In this document: piece by piece, positions 38,170-46,062 of the stretch
Layout of the letters: each line of letters opens with the position of its first letter
Numbering within the stretch: position 1 is the stretch's first letter
DNA from: an uncultured Verrucomicrobia subdivision 3 bacterium
GTDB lineage: Bacteria; Verrucomicrobiota; Verrucomicrobiia; Limisphaerales; UBA11358
DNA: 64,000 bases
Assembly (NCBI GenBank): GCA_903872345.1
Contig: CAIQKM010000005.1
Coordinates: 4,601-68,600 of the forward strand
Reading direction: 5' to 3'
Position numbers and translations under genes: made by a program
Notes under the pieces: generated by a model
What the model saw: only the letters and a program-made list of their open reading frames with translations
Database searches by the model: none
Told to the model about the DNA's origin: nothing

Positions 38170-41100
38170 ATGCTCCGGCAACTCGTAGAACTTTCTTTGC
38201 GCAAACGCGGCGTGATCATCACGCTGGCGGCCGCCCTCATCTGCTGCGGCGTGCTCGTGACCCTGCGCTCCAAGCTGGACGTCTTCCCCGACTTCGTCCA
38301 GCCGCAGGTCACCGTCCAGACCGAGGCCCCCGGCCTTGCCTCCGAACAGGTCGAGTCTCTCGTCACCCGCCCCGTAGAAAGCGCCCTCAACGGCGCCGGC
38401 AATCTCGATTCCATCCGCTCCGAATCCATCCAGGGCCTGTCCGTTGTCACCGCCGTCTTCAAGGAAGGCACCGAAATCTATCAGGCGCGCCAGATGATCG
38501 CCGAGCGCCTCGCCCAGTTGAACGGCGACCTCCCCGCCGGCGTCCAGACGCCCAAGATGGAGCCGCTCACCTCTTCCACCATGGACCTCCTCAAGTTCGG
38601 CCTCGTGTCGGACAAGCTGTCCCCCATGGAACTCCGCACGTTTGCCGACTGGACTGTCCGCCCGCGCCTGCTTTCCGTTCCCGGCATCGCCGCCACCAAG
38701 GTCTTCGGCGGTGAAGTCCGCCAGTTGCAAATCCAGTTGCGGCCCGACCGCCTGACCGCCTTTCAAGTTTCCGTGCAGGATGTCACCACCGCCGCCAGCC
38801 AGGCCACCGGCGTGCGCGGAGCCGGTTACGTGGAAACCACCGCCCAACGCCTGGTCATCCAAACCGACGGCCAGCAGACCACGCCTGAACAACTCGGCAA
38901 CATCGTCGTCGCCCAACACGCGGGTCGCAGCGTGCTCCTGAAAGATGTCGCCAACGTTGTCGCCGCCGGCGCGCCCCAATTCGGCGACGCTCTCATCAAC
39001 GGCAAACCCGGTATCCTCATCACCACCGCCAGCCAATATGGCGCCAATACGGAAGATGTAACCCTCGGCGTGGAAGCCGCGTTGGATGAACTGAAACCCG
39101 TCTTTGCCGCCGAAGGCGTCCAGTACGTCCCCGGCCTGCACCGCCCCGCCAACTTTATCGAAATCGCCATCCACAACATGCGCTCATCGCTCCTGCTCGG
39201 TGCGGTGCTGGTGGGCGTGGTGTTATTCCTCTTCCTGCTCGATCTGCGCACCGCGCTGATTTCGTTCATCTCCATCCCGCTCTCGCTGCTCGCCACCATC
39301 ATGGTGCTGGATCACTTCGGCATCACGCTCAACACCATGACCCTCGGCGGCCTCGCCGTGGCCATCGGCGTGGTCGTGGACGACGCCATCATTGACGTCG
39401 AAAACATCCTGCGCCGCCTGCGCGAAAACCTCACGCTGCCCGAGCCGCGTCCGCTCTTCACCGTGGTGCTTGAAGCCTCGCTGGAAGTGCGGAGCGCCGT
39501 CGTGTACGCCACCTTCATCGTCGCGCTGGTTTTCCTTCCCGTGCTGCTGATGGGCGGTTTGCAGGGCAAGTTCTTCGCCCCGCTCGGCTTCGCTTTCATT
39601 CTCGCCATCATGGCCTCGTTGCTCGTGGCGCTCACCGTCACGCCCGCGCTCTGCTTCGCGTTGCTGTCCCGCACCAAACCGCATGCGGAACCCGGCTATC
39701 TGCGCTGGTTGAAACAAATCCATGGCGCCTGGCTGGAACGGATCAGCCGCTGGCCCAAAAGTGTCATCGCCGTTTCCCTCCTCCTGTTCTTCACCGCGCT
39801 GGGCACACTGCCGTTCTTCGGCGGCGAATTTCTCCCCGATTTCCGCGAAGGCCATTTTGTCGTCGGTGTCACCATGACGCCCGGCACGTCGCTCGGGGAA
39901 ATGAAACGGCTCGGCACGCAAATTTCCGCCGATATTCTCAAAATCCCCGGCGTCCAAAGCGTGGAGGAACAAATCGGCCGCGCCGAAATGGGCGAAGACA
40001 CCTGGGGCCCGCACCGCGGCGAAATGCACGTGGAACTCAAGCCCGATCCCGATCTCGACCAGGAAAAAATCCAGAACCAGATTCGCGATGCGCTCGGCAA
40101 ATATCCCGGCGTGCAGACCGAAGTCCTCACCTTCCTCGGCGACCGCATCGGCGAAACCATCGCCGGCGAAACCGCCCAGGTGGTAGTGAACGTGTTCGGC
40201 GATGACCTCGACGTGCTCGATGCCAAGGCCAATGAAGTCGCCCAAGTGCTAAGTAAAGTATCCGGTGCCGCCGATGTGCAGGTCGCCGCGCCGCCCGGCA
40301 CTCCGCGCGTAGTTGTGAAGCTCCGCCCCGACCGTCTGACCCAGTTTGGCTACCGCCCTGTTGAAGTGTTGGAAGCCGTCCAGACCGCCTATCAGGGCAG
40401 CGTGGCCGCGCAGACTTACGAAGGCGACAAGGTGTTCGATGTGAATGTCATTTTGGAACCGGCCGCGCGCCGGGAACCCGAAACCATCGGCAACCTGCTC
40501 GTCGGCAATTCCGCCGGCGTTCGCCTGCCGTTAAACCAGCTCGCCGATGTCTATCTCGCCAACGGCCGCTACGCCATTCTCCACGATGGCGCCCGCCGCC
40601 GCCAGACCGTCACGTGCAATCCCGCCGGCCGCGACGTCGCCTCCTTCGTAGCCGATGCCCAGAAAGCCGTTGCCGCCCAAGTCACCTTTCCCGCCGGCGT
40701 CTATGCCGAGTTTAGCGGCGCCGCCGAGGAACAGGCCCAGGCCCAGCGCGAATTGCTGCTGCATTCCGGCCTCACCGCCGTGGGCATCATTCTGCTGCTC
40801 TCCATGGTCTTCCGCCGCGCCAGCCATCTGTTCCTCGTGCTGGCCAACGTGCCTTTCGCCCTCGTCGGCGGCGTGCTCGCCATCTTTCTGGCCGGTTATT
40901 TCGGCGGTGGCCAGGCCTCGCTCTCGCTCGGCACCCTCGTGGGTTTCGTCACCCTCTTCGGCATCACCATGCGCAATTCCATCATGATGATCTCGCACTT
41001 CGAACATCTCGTGAACGAGGAAGGCATGACTTGGGGCGTCGAAGCCGCCCTGCGCGGGGCCACCGAACGCTTGATTCCCATTCTCATGACCGCCCTCGTC

Positions 41101-41280
41101 ACCGGCCTCGGCCTCCTGCCGCTCGCCCTCGGCAGCGGCGCCGCCGGCCGCGAAATCGAAGGCCCCATGGCCACCGTCATCCTCGGCGGCCTCGTCACCT
41201 CCACCCTCCTGAACCTCCTCGTCCTCCCGACCCTCGCCCTCCGCTACGGAACCTTCGGCCGGAAGGAAGAAAAGCTGTAA
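38170..41280 (+). CDS. RND efflux permease, CusA/CzcA (heavy-metal efflux) family
   Basis: 1036 aa. LDVFPDFVQPQVTVQTEAPGLASEQVE N-terminus and a 12-TM architecture. Confidence 0.92.
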   Translation: MLRQLVELSLRKRGVIITLAAALICCGVLVTLRSKLDVFPDFVQPQVTVQTEAPGLASEQVESLVTRPVESALNGAGNLDSIRSESIQGLSVVTAVFKEGTEIYQARQMIAERLAQLNGDLPAGVQTPKMEPLTSSTMDLLKFGLVSDKLSPMELRTFADWTVRPRLLSVPGIAATKVFGGEVRQLQIQLRPDRLTAFQVSVQDVTTAASQATGVRGAGYVETTAQRLVIQTDGQQTTPEQLGNIVVAQHAGRSVLLKDVANVVAAGAPQFGDALINGKPGILITTASQYGANTEDVTLGVEAALDELKPVFAAEGVQYVPGLHRPANFIEIAIHNMRSSLLLGAVLVGVVLFLFLLDLRTALISFISIPLSLLATIMVLDHFGITLNTMTLGGLAVAIGVVVDDAIIDVENILRRLRENLTLPEPRPLFTVVLEASLEVRSAVVYATFIVALVFLPVLLMGGLQGKFFAPLGFAFILAIMASLLVALTVTPALCFALLSRTKPHAEPGYLRWLKQIHGAWLERISRWPKSVIAVSLLLFFTALGTLPFFGGEFLPDFREGHFVVGVTMTPGTSLGEMKRLGTQISADILKIPGVQSVEEQIGRAEMGEDTWGPHRGEMHVELKPDPDLDQEKIQNQIRDALGKYPGVQTEVLTFLGDRIGETIAGETAQVVVNVFGDDLDVLDAKANEVAQVLSKVSGAADVQVAAPPGTPRVVVKLRPDRLTQFGYRPVEVLEAVQTAYQGSVAAQTYEGDKVFDVNVILEPAARREPETIGNLLVGNSAGVRLPLNQLADVYLANGRYAILHDGARRRQTVTCNPAGRDVASFVADAQKAVAAQVTFPAGVYAEFSGAAEEQAQAQRELLLHSGLTAVGIILLLSMVFRRASHLFLVLANVPFALVGGVLAIFLAGYFGGGQASLSLGTLVGFVTLFGITMRNSIMMISHFEHLVNEEGMTWGVEAALRGATERLIPILMTALVTGLGLLPLALGSGAAGREIEGPMATVILGGLVTSTLLNLLVLPTLALRYGTFGRKEEKL

Positions 41281-41400
41281 GCCGTAATTAACTCCATTAA
41301 CTCCACCTGTTTCCCTCCAAGCGACTGTTCTTTTACCGATAGCCTTCGCTTCCAAACGAACCGGTCGCAAACCCTCCGCAAGCCTCGAAGAGGCGGTGTG

Positions 41401-41576
41401 ATAATAGCCCGGTGTTTCAACGCCGGGTTTACAGCCGCACATCTCCTCAGTCCCACCGGGACGGCTGACATTGTCGTAATGCATACGACGCAAAATGTTT
41501 CCACGTTCGTCAGCCGTCCCGGTGGGACGGTCAGCTTTGCGCGGCCCCACCCGGCATTGAAATGCCGGGCTATTAT
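41401..41576. repeat. Nested palindromic element (~176 nt)
   Basis: Outer arms 41401-41428 / 41549-41576 are each themselves a small hairpin. Inner arms gtcccaccgggacggctgac (41450-41469) / gtcagccgtcccggtgggac (41509-41528) are a perfect 20-bp complement. A third cccggtgggac copy lies at ~41584-41594. Confidence 0.75.
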
Positions 41577-41713
41577 CGAATTGTCCCGGTGGGACAACGC
41601 CCCCATTTCGGCTTTATTTCCACCACTTAAACTTAAATCTTTCAGGACCAAAACCGCTTCTCTAACATAAAACCACCATCGCCCCGCCCCGGCGGCGCGG
41701 CTCCTTTAAAAAT

Positions 41714-43063
41714 ATGAATCCCGAAATTTCCCAGGCCATTCAGTCCAAAATGCGCGCCGGCGGCGTGGCTAACGCCACCATCGACACCTTTCTCGCCGCC
41801 GTGGCCAAGGTCGCCGCCGGTGAACGCGGCCAAATTCCCGAGTCCACGATTGAACCCGTGGCGGAATTGCCGACGCTCGAATCCCTGCCGGCTGCCGGCG
41901 GCGGAGCAGGGGACCTGCTCAATCAGCTCGCCGTCATCAAACTCAACGGCGGACTCGGCACCGGCATGGGCTTGGACCGTGCCAAATCGCTCATCAAGGT
42001 CAAAGGCGAGGACACCTTTCTGGATTTCATCGCCAAACAGATTTTGCATCTGCGCGCCCAAAGCGGTGCCCCGAACCTGGCGTTTTACCTGATGGACAGT
42101 TTTAGCACTCAAGCCGACACCCTGGCCTATCTCGCCAAATATCCCACGCTCGCCATCGACGGCGAACTGGATTTCCTGCAAAGCAAGGTGCCCAAGCTCG
42201 ACGCCAAAACCCTGCTGCCGGTGTCCTGGCCCGCCGCCCCGGAAATGGAATGGTGCCCGCCCGGCCACGGCGACATTTATCCCTCCCTGCTCGGCTGCGG
42301 CCTGCTCGACAAATTGCTGGCGCGCGGCATCAAGTACCTGTTCGTTTCGAACTCCGACAACCTCGGCGCCACCGTGGATCTGCGGTTGCTTAACCATTTC
42401 GCCGCTTCCGGCAATTCCTTCCTCATGGAAGTCGCCACCCGCACCGGCGCCGATCGCAAAGGCGGTCACTTGGCGCGTCGGAGTGCGGACAGCCGCCTGC
42501 TTCTACGCGAAAGCGCCCAATGCCCCGCTGCGGACGAGACCCAGTTTCAAGACATCACCCGCCACCGGTTCTTCAATACCAACAATCTCTGGATCCGCCT
42601 CGATCACCTCAAGGCCGAACTCGAAAAACGCGGCGGCGTGCTTCCGCTCGCCCTCATCACCAATTCCAAAACCGTGGATCCGCGCGACGCCGCTTCGCCC
42701 AAGGTCATCCAGATCGAGAGTGCCATGGGCGCGGCCATCGAATGTTTCGCCAAGACGGGCGCGGTGGTCGTGCCCCGCAGCCGGTTCGCCCCCGTCAAGT
42801 CCACCTCCGACCTCCTCGCCCTGCGTTCCGACGCCTATCGCCTCACCGAAGAGTATGTGCTCACGCTCGCCGAATCCCGCCACGGCCAGCCCCCCGTGAT
42901 CGACCTCGACAGCAAACACTATAAACTGGTGGCCGACTTCGAAGCCGCCTTCCCCCACGGCGCACCCTCCCTGATCAACTGCGAATCCCTAAAAGTCACC
43001 GGCAAAAAGATTTTCCCCGCCAACCTGGTGCTTGAGGGCAAAGTGGAGTTCACCGAGAAATAG
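41714..43063 (+). CDS. UTP--glucose-1-phosphate uridylyltransferase of the UDPGP (eukaryote-type) family
   Basis: 449 aa. LAVIKLNGGLGTGMG signature, PPGHGD, SNSDNLGA. Unrelated in length and motifs to the ~290-aa GalU type. Confidence 0.85.
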   Translation: MNPEISQAIQSKMRAGGVANATIDTFLAAVAKVAAGERGQIPESTIEPVAELPTLESLPAAGGGAGDLLNQLAVIKLNGGLGTGMGLDRAKSLIKVKGEDTFLDFIAKQILHLRAQSGAPNLAFYLMDSFSTQADTLAYLAKYPTLAIDGELDFLQSKVPKLDAKTLLPVSWPAAPEMEWCPPGHGDIYPSLLGCGLLDKLLARGIKYLFVSNSDNLGATVDLRLLNHFAASGNSFLMEVATRTGADRKGGHLARRSADSRLLLRESAQCPAADETQFQDITRHRFFNTNNLWIRLDHLKAELEKRGGVLPLALITNSKTVDPRDAASPKVIQIESAMGAAIECFAKTGAVVVPRSRFAPVKSTSDLLALRSDAYRLTEEYVLTLAESRHGQPPVIDLDSKHYKLVADFEAAFPHGAPSLINCESLKVTGKKIFPANLVLEGKVEFTEK

Positions 43064-43258
43064 GCCGGCCGGTGAATGTAGCGCCGGCTTTCCAGCCGGC
43101 GGGTTCGGGCGGCTTTCCAGTCGCCCGTCCCCCATTGGATGTTGGGCGTTCGATGTTGGGTGTTGGATGTTTTTCCATTCGCATGTTTCCCCGCCTTCCC
43201 CATTTGCCAAAATCCCGGAAACCATGCACCTTCTCCCATCGTCTGCCGCCATAACAAA

Positions 43259-44512
43259 ATGAGAACATTATCCCTGGCCCTCGGCCTCCTGTGCCTCGCG
43301 CTCACCGCGCCGGCCCAGTCGCTGCCCGCCATCAAACTGCAACCCGTCTTCACCAAACTCACCGGCCAGCGCCCCGTTTGGATCAGCGAATCTCCCGATG
43401 GCACCGGCCGCCTCTTCGTCGTCTATCAGGACGGCAAAATCCTCATCGTCCGCAAAGGTTCCGACGGCACCGATGCGAAAGAATTCTTCAACATCACGGA
43501 CCGCAACCCGCACTTTGACAACGAGGACGGCCTGCTCAGCCTCGCCTTTCACCCCGGCTACGCCACGAACGGCCTCTTCTACGTCTATTACAACCAGAAG
43601 AACAACGAAGACAAGTGCGACCAGCCCCTGAACTTCCCCTTCCGCAGCGTCATCAGCGAGTTCAAAGTCTCCGCCACCGACCCCGACCGCGCCGACCTCA
43701 AGACCGAGCGCATCCTGCTCCAGGTGCAGCAACCCTTCAGCAATCACAAAGGCGGCGAACTCGTTTTTGGTCCGGATGGCTACCTGTACCTCGGCCTCGG
43801 CGACGGCGGTGCGGGCGATGATCCGTTCAACAGCGGCCAAAACTGCGCCACCTTGCTCGCCAAGATCCTGCGCATTGATGTGAATTCCAAAACCATGGCC
43901 GCCTTTGGCGATCCCTCGCATCATCTCGAATACGGCATCCCCAACGACAATCCCTTCGTGCCCGAACCCAACATGGGCGACCGCGGCGCGCGCAAGGAAA
44001 TCTACGCCCTCGGCCTGCGCAATCCTTGGCGCTTCAGCTTCGACCGCGCCAACGGCGCGCTCTGGTGCGGCGATGTCGGCCAGAACCTCTGGGAAGAAGT
44101 GGACCTCATCACCAAAGGCGGCAACTACGGCTGGAATGTCCGCGAAGGCGCGCACCACTTCAAGCCCGGTCCCCCCGGCGCGCAATATATCGAACCCGTC
44201 ATCGAATATCCCCACCGCAAAGACCTCCTGCCCCAATGCCTGTACCCCGACCATGAAATCGGCTACTGCGTCATCGGCGGCTATGTTTATCGCGGCAAAC
44301 AGTTCCCCGCCCTCACCGGCGTGTACATCTACGGCGACTACAATTTGGGCAACATCTGGGGCTTCCGCTACGATTACGCCGCCAACAAGCTTCTCAGCCA
44401 CGGCACCCTGCTGGCGCAATCCGGCCACCTCACCAGCTTCGCCGAAGACGCCGACGGCGAAGTCTACGCCCTCATGGAAGACGGCCATCTTTTCCAAATC
44501 GTCGCGCCATAA
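43259..44512 (+). CDS. PQQ-dependent sugar dehydrogenase (soluble glucose/sorbosone dehydrogenase family), secreted
   Basis: Signal peptide. HKGGELVFGPDGYLYLGLGDGG, LGLRNPWRFSFD and GDVGQNLWEEVD motifs. The start is placed at MRTLSLALG (43259). Confidence 0.85.
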   Translation: MRTLSLALGLLCLALTAPAQSLPAIKLQPVFTKLTGQRPVWISESPDGTGRLFVVYQDGKILIVRKGSDGTDAKEFFNITDRNPHFDNEDGLLSLAFHPGYATNGLFYVYYNQKNNEDKCDQPLNFPFRSVISEFKVSATDPDRADLKTERILLQVQQPFSNHKGGELVFGPDGYLYLGLGDGGAGDDPFNSGQNCATLLAKILRIDVNSKTMAAFGDPSHHLEYGIPNDNPFVPEPNMGDRGARKEIYALGLRNPWRFSFDRANGALWCGDVGQNLWEEVDLITKGGNYGWNVREGAHHFKPGPPGAQYIEPVIEYPHRKDLLPQCLYPDHEIGYCVIGGYVYRGKQFPALTGVYIYGDYNLGNIWGFRYDYAANKLLSHGTLLAQSGHLTSFAEDADGEVYALMEDGHLFQIVAP

Positions 44513-44673
44513 TGGCGTTTCGACCGAGCCGGCTCGTGCCGAGCGGTTGTAATGACGGCTGTGTGCAAAGCACCAGCCGCAACGTGGCTAATTTATATCC
44601 TATGTTAGGCCTAGCAGCGCGTTTGAGGGTTGAGACGGCGTGGTCATTGGGTCTGGTTTAATTTTTTACCGTT

Positions 44674-44718
44674 TGGCTTGATGAGGCTTGATTTGCCTTG
44701 ATTGCTGGGGTTTTGAAG
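44674..44718. repeat. Inverted-orientation TCAAG[G/C]C heptamer array (10-bp phasing at 44675, 44685, 44695)
   Basis: ggcttgatgaggcttgatttgccttgattgc read directly. Confidence 0.65.
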
Positions 44719-44780
44719 CAAAAGGCTAAACGCTGAAGGCTAAAGGCTAAATTAAAAATGTGGGGCATGGCGAGGGCGAT

Positions 44781-44864
44781 GTGGAGTGCGGCGGCATGAC
44801 GCCGCTTTGGAACTGGGAGACATGTCTCCCAGTTCAAAGCGCAGACATGTCTGCGCACTCCACA
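44781..44864. repeat. Three-hairpin element closed by an outer stem (gtggagtg ... cactccac)
   Basis: Inner hairpins are gcggc-atgac-gccgc; ctttggaactgggagac-at-gtctcccagttcaaag (~15 bp, one bulge); and the cgcagacatgtctgcg palindrome. Confidence 0.7.
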
Positions 44865-44894
44865 CAAATGGCGAGGTGGCAGTTTTCATTTTTG

Positions 44895-44948
44895 GCGTTT
44901 GCCTTGATATGCCTTGATCATGCACGATTATTGGGGGTTTTGCTTTAA
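44895..44948. repeat. Inverted copy of the heptamer/'ATCGTGC' repeat unit seen at 10956-11027
   Basis: The reverse complement reads cattaaagcaaaacccccaataatcgtgcatgatcaaggcatatcaaggcaaacgcc. Confidence 0.6.
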
Positions 44949-45082
44949 TGGTGCTCTGATGGACGGGGTGAGCCGCCCCTTCAGGGCTGAGTTTCGTGTG
45001 TGGACGAACCCAGAGCGTTGCTCTGGGCTGGTATGGGGCCGCGCCGTTGGCGCTCGGCAGGTGGCTGGGTGATTTTTCACAC

Positions 45083-45112
45083 TGGTTTGATTTGGTTTGA
45101 TTTGGTTTGATT
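45083..45112. repeat. Perfect 3 x 10-bp tandem repeat TGGTTTGATT
   Basis: Read directly. The reverse complement AATCAAACCA is a one-base variant of the TCAAG[G/C]C heptamer context. Confidence 0.85.
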
Positions 45113-45788
45113 CACGGGAAAACCCAATGATTCAGGGTTCTTCGGGTTTGAGTTCTTCGCGGAGGGTTTCGGGCAGACGGGTGATTTTACTGGTGCGGTT
45201 CATAGGTTAAGCGATGGTGGAGGGTTGAGGATGGCGGATGGAATTATTCGCGTGGCGATTGGGAATGCATTTCGGGTCCGGGCCCGGATTTCGGAGATCG
45301 GGAGGAAAGTGGAGGGCGGATGTTTTAGGCATGGCGGTGCGGCTGTTGGGCTTGGTCATTGCTGCGCCCGGGGACGGGCGCGCTCCGGGGGGTGGCGTTG
45401 GTTGGGTTTGGCTCATGTGTTTTTAGCTGAGTATGGCATGGTTCTGGAAAAAATAATACGCGCTCACAGCGCACTCGGGTGGAAGGGCCGTGGTTATTGG
45501 GGAAAAACGGGGTCGAAAATTGAAAATTGGCTGAAATCAGGGAAACTGATTTTACGGAACCCGCATAAACATTGGGTGGAAACGGGGTCGGGTGAAAAAG
45601 GCGTGGGAAATTTTCCAAAATCCGGGGAAAGGGCAATGTTTTAACGATAAAGACGCATTATGCCGGTGGCGGTTTTAAAAGTTTTTCCAGCGTGACGCTG
45701 GACCCAATTATTTTTAACCGCAGATGGACGGATAAATACAGATGGGGATTACCCAACCAACCGGGATTCGCACCCCACCCCAAAACTC

Positions 45789-45866
45789 CCCCTTTGCGAC
45801 TTCGCGTCTCAGCGCCTTTGCGTTAAAACGCATGCAATCAAGGCTGCTCATCAAGGCAAACGCTGA
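45789..45866. repeat. Second copy of the composite 'TTTGCGAC...GCGTTAAAAC' plus heptamer repeat
   Basis: ccctttgcgacttcgcgtctcagcgcctttgcgttaaaac followed by gcaatcaaggctgctcatcaaggcaaacg; compare 11101-11220. Confidence 0.65.
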
Positions 45867-46062
45867 AAATATTTATGCACTATCGGCCGGCTGAATCGGC
45901 CCGGCAAACGAACCCGCCGCATTTTTCCCTTTATCGGCGGATAAAACCCCCGCAGAATCTCGCCACCAAGATGAGACCGATTTTTGCCGCCACCCGCCAC
46001 GTTTCCCCCATGAAACGAATTGCCACCATCGGCCCGGCTTGGGCCAAATTTAAAAACTTCTG

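Noticed and set aside
44781-44864. tRNA or tRNA-like gene suggested by the closed three-hairpin shape
   Set aside because: Arm lengths do not fit tRNA geometry: an 8-bp closing stem and a ~15-bp middle stem, with no D- or T-loop consensus and no 7-nt anticodon loop. A half copy elsewhere indicates a repeat element. I found no convincing tRNA in any intergenic gap.
45207-45644. Several 60-140-aa ORFs on both strands in the 44.5-46.1 kb gap
   Set aside because: They overlap one another and the repeat units, have low-complexity composition and carry no recognisable domain. Only the 24-codon MNRTSKITRLP... remnant is noted, under findings.
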